A stretch of DNA of 63,944 bases, the filler included, from Octopus bimaculoides (taxonomy: Eukaryota): assembly GCF_001194135.2 (NCBI RefSeq). It is 5 parts of 4 records of this genome, joined end to end, with 100 filler letters (N's around TTAATTAATTAA, not from the genome) between each part and the next. Parts side by side here need not be neighbours in the genome. Positions count along the whole stretch, not along the records: positions 1 to 25,832 come from NC_068987.1; 4 more parts are not named here. The stretch is one strand, 5' to 3'. Below the pieces are notes generated by a model. That model made no database searches. It saw only the letters and a program-made list of their open reading frames with translations, and was not told where the DNA came from. Every line of letters starts with the position of its first letter. Within the stretch, counting starts at the first letter, position 1. Positions 1 through 13,073 of the stretch are shown here, one piece after another. The translations under genes were made by a program, and so were the position numbers.

Positions 1-400
1 GCTTCATGGCAGTGAAACATGGGATGTGACTGCTGAGTACATGCGTAGGCTCGCAAGGAATGAAGCCAGTATGCGCCGATGGATGTGTAATGTCAGTGTG
101 CATACGAGACAGAGTATTAGTACCTTGAGAGAAAAGTTGAACTTACGAAGCATCAGTTGTGGTGTGCAAGAGAGACGACTGCGCTGGTATGGTCATGTAG
201 CGAGAATGGATGAGGATAGCTGTGTGAAAAAGTGCCACACCCTAGCAGTTGAGGGAACTTGTGGAAGAAATAGGCCCAGGAAGACCTGGGATGAGGTGGT
301 GAGGCATGACCTTCGAACTTTGGACCTCACCGAGGCGATGACTTCTGACCAAGACCTTCGGAAATATGCTGTGCGTGAGAAGACCCGGCAAGCCAAGTGA
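1..400 (+). mobile_element. RTE-clade LINE, 3' end of ORF
   Basis: Open frame LHGSETW...RLRWYGHVARMDED...GRNRPRKTWDEVVRHDL, typical of the RTE ORF2 C-terminus. Confidence 0.9.
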
Positions 401-458
401 GACCTAAATCTAAGGCCTCAGCCAGTCCACTTATGTGTACCTTCCTTCATTGGACACC

Positions 459-669
459 AAACTCCACTTGTGAAGACCTGTTGAAGCAAGTGAAATCGAA
501 ATCAAGTTAAATTGGACGCTAAACTCCACTTGCGAAGACCTGTTGAGGCAAGTGAAATCGAAATCGAGTTAAATTGGATACTAAACTCCACTTGCGAAGA
601 CCTGTTGAGGCAAGTGAAATCGAAATCAAGTTAAATTGGACACTAAACTCCACTTGCAAAGACCTGTTG
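459..669 (+). repeat. 62-bp tandem repeat in RTE 3' UTR (runs into gap; recurs at 1526-1690 and 2514-2580)
   Basis: Unit ctaaactccacttgcgaagacctgttgaggcaagtgaaatcgaaatcgagttaaattggaca, repeated with a 62-nt period. Confidence 0.9.
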
Positions 670-1224
670 NNNNNNNNNNNNNNNNNNNNNNNNNNNNNNN
701 NNNNNNNNNNNNNNNNNNNNNNNNNNNNNNNNNNNNNNNNNNNNNNNNNNNNNNNNNNNNNNNNNNNNNNNNNNNNNNNNNNNNNNNNNNNNNNNNNNNN
801 NNNNNNNNNNNNNNNNNNNNNNNNNNNNNNNNNNNNNNNNNNNNNNNNNNNNNNNNNNNNNNNNNNNNNNNNNNNNNNNNNNNNNNNNNNNNNNNNNNNN
901 NNNNNNNNNNNNNNNNNNNNNNNNNNNNNNNNNNNNNNNNNNNNNNNNNNNNNNNNNNNNNNNNNNNNNNNNNNNNNNNNNNNNNNNNNNNNNNNNNNNN
1001 NNNNNNNNNNNNNNNNNNNNNNNNNNNNNNNNNNNNNNNNNNNNNNNNNNNNNNNNNNNNNNNNNNNNNNNNNNNNNNNNNNNNNNNNNNNNNNNNNNNN
1101 NNNNNNNNNNNNNNNNNNNNNNNNNNNNNNNNNNNNNNNNNNNNNNNNNNNNNNNNNNNNNNNNNNNNNNNNNNNNNNNNNNNNNNNNNNNNNNNNNNNN
1201 NNNNNNNNNNNNNNNNNNNNNNNN

Positions 1225-2835
1225 CGCGGCATGTGTAAGGATTTCGAGCGAGATCGTTGCCAGTGCCCCTAGACTGGCTCTTGTGTGGGTGACACATAAA
1301 ATACACCATTTTGAGCGTGGCCGTTGCCAGTACCGCCTGACTGGCCTTCATGCCGATGGCATGTAAATGTACCCACTACACTCTCTGAGTGGTTGGTGTT
1401 TAGGAAGGGCATCCAGCTGTAGATACTCTGCCAAATGATGTGCTTGAGGAAACCCAGCAAGCCAAATGAGATCTAAATCTAAGGCCTCAGCCAGTCCACT
1501 TAGGCGTACCTTCCTTCATTGGACACTAAACTCCACTTGCGAAGACCTGTTGAGGCAAGTGAAATCGAAATTGAGTTAAATTGGACACTAAACTCCACTT
1601 GCAAAGACCTGTTGAGGCAAGTGAAATCGAAATCGAGTTAAATTGGACACGAAACTCAGCTTGCGAAGACTTATTGTGGCAAGTGAAAGCCAATTTGTGA
1701 TGGCACCTGTGCCCAGCAATGCCTTTCTGGCACTTGTGCCCGCGGCATGTCTAAGGACTTTCGAGCGAGATCGTTGCCAGTGCCCCTAGACTGGCTCTTG
1801 TGCGAGTGGCACATAAAATACACCATTTTGAGCGTGGCCGTTGCCAGTACCGCTTGACTGGCCTTCGTGTGGGTGACACGTAAAAGCACCCACTACACTC
1901 TCTGAGTGGTTGGCGTTAGGAAAGGCATCCAGCCNNNNNNNNNNNNNNNNNNNNNNNNNNNNNNNNNNNNNNNNNNNNNNNNNNNNNNNNNNNNNNNNNN
2001 NNNNNNNNNNNNNNNNNNNNNNNNNNNNNNNNNNNNNNNNNNNNNNNNNNNNNNNNNNNNNNNNNNNNNNNNNNNNNNNNNNNNNNNNNNNNNNNNNNNN
2101 NNNNNNNNNNNNNNNNNNNNNNNNNNNNNNNNNNNNNNNNNNNNNNNNNNNNNNNNNNNNNNNNNNNNNNNNNNNNNNNNNNNNNNNNNNNNNNNNNNNN
2201 NNNNNNNNNNNNNNNNNNNNNNNNNNNNNNNNNNNNNNNNNNNNNNNNNNNNNNNNNNNNNNNNNNNNNNNNNNNNNNNNNNNNNNNNNNNNNNNNNNNN
2301 NNNNNNNNNNNNNNNNNNNNNNNNNNNNNNNNNNNNNNNNNNNNNNNNNNNNNNNNNNNNNNNNNNNNNNNNNNNNNNNNNNNNNNNNNNNNNNNNNNNN
2401 NNNNNNNNNNNNNNNNNNNNNNNNNNNNNNNNNNNNNNNNNNNNNNNNNNNNNNNNNNNNNNNNNNNNNNNNNNNNNNNNNNNNNNNNNNNNNNNNNNNN
2501 NNNNNNNNNNNNNTCGAAATCGAGTTAAATTGGACACGAAACTCAGCTTGCGAAGACTTATTGTGGCAAGTGAAAGCCAATTTGTGATGGCACCTGTGCC
2601 CAGCAATGCCTTTCTGGCACTTGTGCCCGCGGCATGTCTAAGGACTTTCGAGCGAGATCGTTGCCAGTGCCCCTAGACTGGCTCTTGTGCGAGTGGCACA
2701 TAAAATACACCATTTTGAGCGTGGCCGTTGCCAGTACCGCTTGACTGGCCTTCGTGTGGGTGACACGTAAAAGCACCCACTACACTCTCTGAGTGGTTGG
2801 CGTTAGGAAAGGCATCCAGCCGTAGAAACTCTGCT
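1225..2835 (+). mobile_element. RTE LINE 3' UTR/tails, tandem copies
   Basis: Repeated 3' terminal block ...cacccactacactctctgagtggttggcgttaggaagggcatccagc. 1445-1525 repeats 382-460, and 2514-2821 is identical to 1627-1934. Confidence 0.8.
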
Positions 2836-3189
2836 TAAATTTTTGTAATGCAAATATGTAAATGAAAATAAAGTTTATTTGGTAGTCATAAGATTACTGA
2901 ATTTTTTGATACCCCATACATCAAAATTGGCAGCTCAGTTTTTGAATGCATAAGGAAGATACACACACACACACATATAAAAACTCTCTTTTATATATAT
3001 GGGAGATGTCCTTGTCTGTTGTTCTCTCTGTCTATCTCTCACATTTCCTGTGTGTCTATCTCTTCCTGTCTCCTCCCCTTCCCTGATATCAGCCACCCTC
3101 ATTATGCCATATTTTTCTGAACTTAACACTTTTGCACCTTCTCATTTTATCATGTAATAGCCCAACCCCCATAATCAGTCCATTATTGA

Positions 3190-3353
3190 TTTTTATTGAA
3201 ATTCAATAAGCTTATAATTGAACTGGATGTTAGTTCAACATGTATGCAAAGTTTGGTGAAGATTGGTTCCCTGGTTTGGGCAGCAAGATGATAACAGACA
3301 GATGACAGACGACAGACAGACAGACAGACAGAAATTGTCATTTATATACAAGA
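3190..3353 (-). mobile_element. Non-autonomous Helitron-like 5' end fragment
   Basis: Minus strand reads A|TCTTGTATATAAAT...(CTGT)n...ccaatcttcaccaaactttgcatacatg, a layout typical of non-autonomous Helitrons. Confidence 0.4.
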
Positions 3354-3793
3354 TTAATTAAAAATAGCAATACCACTAAATGTGTTAAATACCACTGAAT
3401 CGACGTGTATGACAAAAGTATTACCATTTTCAGCTATCAACTTCAATATTGCCAAAATATGATCAGTCTAGTGAGAATGCATACAATCTCTAATTGAAGA
3501 ACAAACAGTTTTAAACGAAGAGACATTTTCAGTGGCAGTTTATATATTTTTTAAAAGTCAAAATTCTAATAAAAATTATAATAAAAAAGAAACTAAATTA
3601 GAGAGTTTGTTGAGAGTAGGAAACCTCTCTTCAAAAAAAATGAAGGACACTTCGGAAAATGTCGTCCTAAATGTACAATGTCTGAAAATAAAATAAGAAT
3701 GTCATGGCTGAGATGTCTCTGACATTAAATCTATTGATCAGAATAAAACAAAAAATTGTTTTCATTTTCTTTTTTTCTTTTATCCCTCCACAG

Positions 3794-3842
3794 GTCCATC
3801 TTCAGCGACATGAGCATGGATACAATAATAATAAAGATTATG
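3794..3842 (+). CDS. PDE10A: PDE10A-like phosphodiesterase, internal exon (start of GAF-B)
   Basis: Acceptor tccctccacag and donor gtaagt. 49 nt: G + SIFSDMSMDTIIIKIM, ending in phase 0 and joining in frame to the exon at 14107. Resembles the helix preceding GAF-B in PDE10-family proteins. Confidence 0.8.
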
Positions 3843-4240
3843 GTAAGTTCTTATTATTCTACTTTGTAAATAGCAAATATATTTTTAGTGTTCAACAAGA
3901 CTTTTTTTAAGTGCTGTTAAATTCTATCTATTTTTGATACAATATGTAATCATTTATGCTGTTTCAGTGAGGAATCCATTCTGAGGGATATATTTTAGAA
4001 ATTAAAATAAAACCTTTTTATCTTTAAATAACATCTTTACTTTCAGATTTGTTATAAATAAAAATGCACAAATGAATAATTAAAATATATTAACTTGTAC
4101 AAATATCAAGAAATAAAATTCCAAATTAAAAGTGAAATGATTAACTCTCAATATATTGATTTCTAACTTAGTTCAAATTAATAAGATCAATTCTAATAAA
4201 CACACACACATATATACAGACACATGCATATATATACAGA

Positions 4241-4317
<77 letters not shown>

Positions 4318-4539
4318 GATGGACTCTCCCGTCAATTTCAATGTATGAGGATCTGACAACCCACTCTTTCTTTGTCAGTCACAATGCTTGTTAAATATGA
4401 CATTTAAGTCTCATCAATGATTCGCAAAGAAGCCTATAGATGCTGAAAGTATGAAGGTTACAGGTCAGTGCAGGTGGTATATTTGCAGCCACTTTTCTCT
4501 TTTGCCTTGCACCCTTAAACCTGTTAATGCTGGTTGCAA

Positions 4540-4830
4540 TACAGTTTCTTATACCATTTTGACATGAAGATCTCCATTTTGTTCACTCAAAGATGTTGTG
4601 AGCTATCTTCACTGCTGAGAGGTTACTCTTAAGCTTGTTCTTATATCTGAGCCATGGTTGACCAGCATTCCTATACCCACTATCAAGCTGGCTGTACAGA
4701 AGGACTTTGGGTATTCTTTCGTCACTCATTCTGATGACATGGCCAGCCCAGCACAGTTGTGACTGCATGGAGAAGCTCTCGATTCCACCAATCGTACACT
4801 TGCTAAACAGGTTGGCACTAGAAATGCTGT
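4540..4830 (-). mobile_element. RTE (BovB-like) LINE 3' fragment
   Basis: QLCWAGHVIRMSDERIPKVLLYSQL...GQPWLRYKNKLK. Confidence 0.8.
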
Positions 4831-6249
4831 CTTTTAGTGAATAACCACAGATATGTCCTGAGACAGCCTTTATGGAAGATGTCTAGTTGGTTAATGTGTC
4901 ATCTATAGGGTACCCATGATCAAAGCCATACAAGAGAGTAGTAAGGATGATATATCATATATCATACATCATATTATAGCATATGTGTTTAAATTAAAGA
5001 TTTTTGATGGGCAAAATGTCTAAGTTGAATCCAGAAAAACAACTCAGTGATCAGAGAAAGAAGTCTTAAAATCAGTGATATAAAAAACCTCTGTTGCTAA
5101 GAGTAAGTACATTCAATGGGTCTATGAAATCCAGACAGCCTGACAACGCAGAGTCCATACAGTATTATATATCTTTATGGAATCCAATAAACTATGTCAT
5201 CATTTATATTCTTTGAAAATTGTCTCTGGTTATAACAATTTATATTTGGCAAACTTTTTCCTATAATATTGATGTCAAGCATATATCTAGAAAACCACCT
5301 GTATAGTGATTGACATAATTTTTTGAAACAAATATTACAACTTAATAGTTAAACATTTATTACAAATATACAAATGAGGAATGTTTTAAATATTTTTAAC
5401 TATTAGTATTCATTTAAATTATTTTGTATCAGTCCCATGAAATTTTAAAATGTAATTGAATGTAGCAATGTAACATTACCTGATATTCTCCATATTATCC
5501 ATCATATGATGGATAAACATTAGTTATTTGTCACCACTGAACATCGTCTAATAATTTTTATTTCTTAACAATTGTCTCTCTGATAACAACTTTTAGTTCC
5601 AAAGGTATGACCTCAAAAGTCATATACTCTCTAAATTAGCACAAATACCTTATAGTTGCATCATAATTAGGTATCAGTGTTATTGGTTTCTGTCAATAGC
5701 ATCGTAAATTCTAAAAGTCTTTTCATAGTTCGTCACCAGAAAGGCTACAATTGTTTGTTGGGTAATAGTTTTGCTGTTTTAGAAACAAGGAAATCAATCA
5801 CTAGGTCCATCCCCAAAACATTCCAACATCTCCACTGGTTTTGGATATTCAAGTAGCTTATCCAGATATTCTAATACCACTAACTGAGTCTGATACTAAA
5901 TAATGTTGTATGCTGGTCTCCAATGAAAAAAGGGAATTATGTTTTATATCCTAGTCACATGACACATTCATTAGAAGAACATCCAATTAGTGTCAGCACC
6001 CTAACAAGAAGCATATGAACACCTATTGCTAAAAATAAGTCAAATTTAGAGTATTAAGCTTCAAGCAATTCACCATTAAAAGTTTAGTGTGTAGACAGGA
6101 AGATCTGGTTTGTAGAGGGGAACATGAAGCAAAAACAAAAAAGCTAAAAGAGATAAAGTTGAAGAGAAAATTCTAATTTAATGGGAATCAATATAAAGAA
6201 TTTTATGGAAAATCTGTTAAATTAATCCTTATTATTAACTCACTGAGCT

Positions 6250-7500
6250 ATTCAACAAATGCTTTAAAAGAAGGCAAAGTCCCTAACAGCTGGAAAAATC
6301 CAGTAGTAGTCTTGCTTTAAAAGAAAGGTGACAAAACAGACTTGAGCAACTACTATCCCATCACTCTCCTGCCTATCATCTATAAGGTGTTCTCCAACAC
6401 TATGCTTAGAAGGATACTCAGCACCTTGGACTTTTATCAACCAAAGGAACAAAATGGATTCAGGACAGAATTCTCTACTAATGATCACATTCAGATTGTC
6501 AGGTTGCAATAGAAGGCAAACAAATACAGCGTTCAGCTTTGCTTTGCCTTTGTTGACTATGAGAAGACTTCTGACTCCATAGGATTCAAACCACTTCTTA
6601 CAGCACTGAAGAACCAGGAAGTGGACCTTGCCTACATTGCAATGTTGAAAGATCTTTACAGCAGTGCAACATCGATCCTCAGGCTACACCAAGACAGTTG
6701 TTTACACGTGTCAGCAAGATGCTGTCTTCATAAAAATTCAATGAGACAAGAAAGGCATCAACACTGATGGAGAATAACTATGCCACCTAGACTTCACAGA
6801 TGATATTACCTTGACAGTGCATACAACTAAGGAACTGGAGGAAAGGCTCACTGATATCCACACTACTCAACATGAATCTTGAAAAGACTAAGATCATGTT
6901 CAACAGGCCTGTCACTGTAAATGGCAAGACCATAGAAAACAGATGACTACATCTACTTGGGAAAGATGGTAATGAAAGACAGAAATCTCCTCCTAGAAAT
7001 CAAGAGAAGAATGGCATCTGAGTGGCCTTTGCAGAATAATGGTGGAAAAGCTCATGAGAAGTCCCAATCTTCCATGAAAATTAATGCAAAGATCTTCAAC
7101 TAGTACATCTTGCCAGTGATGATTTACTGCAATGAAACATGGGCTCTCAACACTACTATCATGGACGACCTCATTGTAGCCCAATAGAAAAGAAAACAAA
7201 TCATGCTTGGCATCACACTGTGAGACAAGAAAACCAACACTTTGATTCAACTACACATGAGAGTCAATGGCATTATAAAAATCATCAAGGAGAACAAATA
7301 TAGATGGGCTGGTCACATCACATGTCCGAAGGACAACAGGTGAACAATCAGAGTGACAGAATGGATATCAAGACAATGGACGAGATCAAGAGGCCAACCA
7401 AAGACAAAATGATCTCATCCACGGTCTGAGGCCTACATGGCCACAACTGGCCAGAGACAAATAGTAGTGAAAGGACTCCAAGAAGTGTTTTCTCCTCCAT
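6250..7500 (+). mobile_element. Degenerate RTE-clade LINE (RT and C-terminus)
   Basis: KGDKTDLSNYYPITLLPIIYKVF, QNGFRTEFSTNDHI, AFVDYEKTSDSI, RWAGHI; contains stops and frameshifts. Confidence 0.85.
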
Positions 7501-8319
7501 GAGCACTGGATATTGGTAGGATCTAAACTATTGAAACTTTTCAGGAAACAATGAGGCATAAAATGATAAAGTTTGAAAATTTTACTTAAAAACTAATTTC
7601 ATATAAATGTACTTGTAATGAAATTATACATATTAAAAAATAAAAGCAATTTAAAATATGATTTCAACATAACAAAAATTTAAATGAACACCACCACCAC
7701 TGAGTGAGGGCCATAGTTGGCAGTCAAAGTAACATCACTTCAGTCTTGAAATATTTAATGAAGCTAAAAGCATGCAGCTGCTTAGATTTCATAAAATCTG
7801 AATCTTATCAAAATGTTTTATGGTGTGACTGATAATAATATAAATTGTTATAAACTTTAAAATACAGCAAGTATATGTAGTCTGATATATTAGCACATGA
7901 AATTGGTTATAATATCTGGGAATACCCTTTGAAATAATGGGACTTTAGTCACCAGGCACATATTCTCTATAGGAAATTTAATTAGAATTTACAAAACTGT
8001 GTGTATATGAATTTTCTCAAGGCAAAGGTTGACAGTGACTTCAAAGTTTTGGCTCACTTATCATCTGACAATCTGATGATGGCTAGTACGCAGTCACTGT
8101 TGACCTCTTGCTTTCAAAACTTGGTATTTACTCTACAAAAAAGCAATGAAGGATCCTTCAATTTGATGTTAAATTGTTTTTACATACAACTTTACATAAA
8201 AGTGTTAATATCCATGCTTGTGTGTATATGCCTGTGTATGTATGTGTGTGTATGCATATATGCACATATGATTATTAAAATGATAATATTCAAAAGCTTT
8301 TACATGCTGATTTAATTTG

Positions 8320-11300
8320 CAGGGATGTTATCCTGATGTTTAATAATAAGTCTCCAGAATCTTTGTTAGAATTCTTGCCAAATACAATATGGCACTTTTC
8401 TTCTGGTTGACAATGTGTGTCAATTCTAATATTCTTCAGCTTCTTAAGTAAAAGTTTGGGTGTTATGTCAAGTGCACTGATTATCACAAGAACAATTTTC
8501 ACTCTGGATATTTTTTTCTCTTTGGTAATCCACTCATATGATATTACAAAGTTTATATCTGATTTTTTTTTTCTTTGTTGTACTCTACAATCATATGCGG
8601 TCGTTTTGCTTCAGTAGTTTGGTCACTCTTTATGGAGAAATCCCAGAATTAGATATATTCTCATTCACAGCTTCTAGCTCATATCACTTTTCTGCTACTT
8701 TTAATCCACACACTTGGCTAACATCTCAATGCACTCTTTTATCAACACAGTCCCGTCTGCACTCTTTTTGTGTTATCTTCCTGCATGCACTTAAGAAATA
8801 TTTAATACTTTCATATCCTTATGTACAGATTTTACATTTGCTGTCTTAGTTTTATAACTTTGTATGTATTTATCAAGTACATCCCAATGGCTTGTTCAGT
8901 GATTCAGTTTCTCATTTCAGGTTTTCATGTCAGCTGCAAGCAACATTCTTCACTTTCAACTTCATTTGTTGTATGAAAAGATCATATAATTCCTTCTATT
9001 TTCAGCTATTTGTCCTATCAATCTTCCTTCTATTCTTGAAACTTCTCACAATTCTAGTGATTTTTTTTTGGGGGGGGGGGGGTATTTCTAGCCCAAGATT
9101 ATATTCTTTCATCATTATGTACAACATAGTTTTTAAACTCAATCACGATACTAATGGTGTCATTTGATTCCTTTCTTTCTTAGTAAAGTGGAGACTGTTG
9201 ATATTACTTTTAGAATAAAGGCGGTGCTCCAGCATGGCCGCAATCAAATGACTGAAACAAGTAAAAGAAAAAAAAACAAAAAAACTGTGAATTGAATAGC
9301 TTCTGAGTTTTTCCAATTCTTGTAGCTGTCTTGGTCCATTTTAGAAAAAGAGCAGGGTATCCTAGCAATGGTAAGGCCTATGTATTCAATGCTTTGATAA
9401 TATTCCATCTATTTACTTTTGTTTCAAGCACCTTTCTAAGCCTTCTTTTCTTCTAGAGACTTTCTCATTTCACTATCCATTACCTTTCCCTCCTGGGTAC
9501 TTGTATCCGTTATTTCTCAGTGATCTAGTACCATCTTGCATCTACATCAGATTTAATCTTTCAGCATCTCCTCATGATTAACACTGCACACTTATTCACC
9601 CCAATCTTTGCTGTTGGATCAGAGAATCCATTTCTTTTTGCATTTTTCATGTACAGTTCGATGTCATCCATATATAGCAGGTGATATATTTTCACTCTGG
9701 TCTTAGCAAACTTATAGACGGGCCTGGATTTTCTGAGTATGCTTGTCAGAAGGATTAACACTAAGATAAAAACCAATGGAGAGAGTGTATTTTCCTGAAA
9801 TATTCCCCTCTGCATTTCCACATTTCCAAATGATTCACTTCCACATATTAGTTTTACTAACCCTGATCTCTTTGCTTATTCTAAAAAAAGAACCTTTTCA
9901 TTGACCAAGTGTTCTCAGGCACTCTAAAAGCCAACAGTGTGGAACATTAGAATATATTTTCTTGTAGTCTATCCAGCCAACAGTAAAATGTTTTATTTGT
10001 ACCTTAATATCATGCTATCAACATAAGACCAGTAGTTCCTCTTCACTGGTAATAGATTCTCTCTTTCCTAAAGGCTATATAATTCATCTGCTATTGGGTC
10101 AATTTGTAATTTGCAGAGTAAGGGTAAGTATCTAATAGGCCTATAATTACAGAGTTACCCTTGCTTTTCTTCTTTTTTATTGATGTTGCCTCAATTTTTA
10201 TCTTCTTTCTTCTTCAACTACCAGTAATCCTGTCTCTAACACTTTCTTTGGAGCTCGTTTGTGTCTTTCCTTCACCATCTTTTAATTATTGCATTTATTC
10301 TTCCAAGATCACTGTTCAACTATATTCTCAAGTCTCCATTTCCAGTTTTTTTGTTTTTTTTTTGCTTGACATTTAACATCTGAAATTTCTAAGGTAATAG
10401 AAGTTGTCCAGTGTATGAAGATGTTTAAGTCTGTTACATTCTCAACATTGATTTTCATTAATATGAGGGGTGTTCATTAAAGATTTCCTCTGACCCACTT
10501 CCGGTTATTGCAAGAAACTGAACTTGTACAGGTATAATCATATATGTCTCTACATGTCATAGTGTAAATTGCAGCTCTCCACTAGTATTCGTTTGTCTTT
10601 TACAGCTGCTGAAGTGGACTAAGGTGTTATAATGGAGGTAGTTGAATGCAGATCAGTGATCAGGTTCTTACATTTGAAAGGCTGTACACCAAAAAAGACT
10701 TTTGATGAGATGAAAAAAGTTTATGGTGATGATGCACCATCAAACAACGTAGTCAAGCATTGGCATCATCAGTTCAAATGTGGTCGGATATGGGTGGAAA
10801 CTGCTCCTATTCCTGGATGACCACATTCTGCCATTGATGACAACACCATCCATAAAGTGGAAGCCACCATTTTGAAGAATCACCACATAACTATTCAGCA
10901 ACTAGCCCAAAAAGTAAAGATAAGTGTAGGGTCCATGGAAAAATCATGACCATTTGGACATGTGGGAGTTGTCTGCATGATGGATTCCCTGGATGCTCAC
11001 ACCTTTTCAGAAGTAGGAATGAGTCAGTTGCTCCCAGGCATTTTTGTCAACATGCCAAGAAAACAAGGACATTTTTGGCAGACTTATCACACAGGATGAA
11101 ACATGGGTCCATCACTATGATCCTGAGACTGAAGTTCAGTTGAAACAATGGAAGCATGGTAACTCATCACCTCCAAAGAAGGCTCATGTCCAACCTTCAG
11201 CAGGAAAGGTGATGTTCACAGTCTTTTGGGACCAGCACAGAGTAGTGATGATAGATTTTCTGGCAAAGGGCACCACAATAGGGCATATTATGCTTCTCTG

Positions 11301-11950
11301 CTGCAGAAATTGTGGGATGCCATCAAAGCAGAGAAGCATAGCATGCTGACCACAGGAATCCACCTCCTCCAAGGCAATACCCCAGTTCACAATGTGCATG
11401 TTGCCCAGATGAAAGCACACTCTTGTGGCTATGAAATCCTTTCTCATCCCCCTTACTTTCCTAACCTTGCACCTTGCACCTAAACTTCCACCTCTTTCCA
11501 ACCATGAAGTCTTTTTTGAAGGGGAAGCGCTTTTTGGATGAGGATGAACTTATTTCTGAAGCTCCAGACACAACCTACTGACTTCTAGAGATGAAGTCTT
11601 CACAGCTGCATAAAGCAATGGGAAAAGTGTGTTACCATTGGTGGTGGTTATGTAGAGAGGGACTAATAATTATGCCAAGTTTCATTTATTCCAGTCCTTG
11701 GGAAGTGGGTCAGGGGAAATCTTTAATGAACACCCCTCATAACTAGTCCAACCTCTTCACAACTTAGTTTTCCCCTTGATTCCACTCAAAGCTGGTAGCC
11801 TCATTTTTTCACTAGTTCATATCTCATTTAGCCATTGTAGTAAAAAGTTAAACTTGATTTGACCTTGGTGAATATTTCTCTCCTTTCTGTTGTTTCTTGT
11901 TCAATACATTTTTTTTACAGGCTTGTTTGTGTAGCAATATTTTGAATTCT
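8320..11950 (-). mobile_element. Degenerate RLE-type non-LTR retrotransposon (R4/HERO/NeSL-like), interrupted by a SINE and a mariner
   Basis: RT: RGIFQENTLSPLVFILVL...HLLYMDDIELY (9561-9821). C-terminus: IVLVIISALDITPK...QKSAILYLARILTKILE (8350-8500). WKWRLEN-like segment near 10330. Confidence 0.75.
10464..11739 (+). mobile_element. Full-length mariner (Tc1/mariner DD34D-type) transposon with disrupted transposase
   Basis: 39-bp TIRs (tgaggggtgttcattaaagatttcc(t/c)ctgacccacttcc, 1 mismatch), TA TSDs at 10462-3 and 11740-1, length 1276 bp. Transposase motifs ITQDETWVHHY, WKH, KVMFTVFWD, HPPYFPNLAP; stops and frameshifts present. Confidence 0.95.
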
Positions 11951-12294
11951 GTTATCATTAAGACCCTTTTTCCTAACTAGCAGGACCCATGAATATTTCA
12001 CAGAATTAATGGTAAACCTATTGGGTTATTTCTGGAAACATTATCCAAAAAACCTGAAAGTGTAGCCTGTATTGTGTCTGTATAGAAAGATAATCGCTCA
12101 TTTGCTACTCACTGAAAAGTGAAGGAAACTGGAATACAATGATTGCTTAATGCACCTTACATACTTTATGCACAATTTTATAGACTTCATGCACAACACT
12201 CATAAAATAAATATTCACTCTTATTTATCCATTTCCCCCGTAGACAAAGAAAAATATTCCGTACATGATACAACTTTTAGTTAAATTGCATATA

Positions 12295-13073
12295 CCATAA
12301 ATCCTCGAGTATAATCCGCATTTTTTTCCCAAAATTTAAAGGTCAAAATCCCTAGTGCATACTATATACGAGGTTAAAAATGAAAAATATTTTCTATGCA
12401 ATGTCCGAGTCTCTATTTGCTCTATTGTGATGTCGGGCACGAAAATACCTTAAGCTAAGCCTAAAAGCAATGAAGTCATAAAAGAATCATCCATAACTTC
12501 CAGTAAGCAACATTTATTATAATAAAAGTGTTGTATATCGTCTGCACTGGATGGTACTCAGGATGACGTTGTATGGAAAGATGAAATAAATGAAAGTGAA
12601 TCCTCTGATGTTGACTATGAATCTGACGATGACAGAGATTTACTCTACAATGATGCTGACATGTTTACAGAGGAACAAATGGAACAGTTATTTGATGCTG
12701 AAAGTGACGTTGAATTTGAAGGATTTGAATAAATGTTTTTGCTTTTGCTTTTGTAACTGATAGTAATAGTTATATGTAAAAGCAACTCACTTAATATTTA
12801 TTTTTCACTGACGTTATTACTGTTATTTCTTTATTTTCTGCTAACAAAGTGCACAAAAAAGCTACACGTTTGCATTATGTTATATACACAATAATAATAA
12901 AGGATATTACCGTTATATACGTTTACAAACCAAGGACGTTATATAGACCTCTTTGACTCAAGTTAGAGAAGGGGTGCGTATTATACACAAGGTTTAGGTT
13001 TTTCAGAGGTACAGCCCCCTAAAAATCCCCTGCATATTATATTCAAGGGCGGACTATACTCGAGGATTTACGG
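12295..13073 (+). mobile_element. Non-autonomous pogo/Tc2-like DNA transposon (internal deletion derivative)
   Basis: TIRs cc(a/g)taaatcctcgagtata(a/g)tccgc with TA TSDs. Internal 12526-12732 encodes KCCISSALDGTQDD...LFDAESDVEFEGFE*, the acidic C-terminus of pogo-family transposases. Confidence 0.85.

Noticed and set aside
459-669. 62-bp repeats as a CRISPR-like array or hammerhead array (CTGTTGA...GAAA)
   Set aside because: There are no unique spacers and the context is a eukaryotic LINE. No stem II can form between CTGTTGA and GAAA.
519-2776. Long ORFs of 200-260 aa in the track
   Set aside because: They consist mostly of X from N gaps plus LINE 3' UTR repeats.
2514-2821. Exact 308-bp duplicate of 1627-1934
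   Set aside because: 100% identity on either side of a gap points to a contig-end overlap artefact. The same applies to 38636-38720 vs 38843-38925.
3490-3560. EEQTVLNEE, resembling the PDE10 segment upstream of GAF-B
   Set aside because: There is no FLL continuation and no suitable splice donor; likely chance.
3704-3910. 68-aa ORF over the first PDE exon
   Set aside because: Wrong frame and it runs through splice sites; the spliced frame SIFSDMSMDTIIIKIM fits the PDE.
8320-8410. Apparent + strand exon after tttaatttgcag
   Set aside because: It hits a stop, has no PDE similarity, and is explained by the minus-strand RLE LINE.
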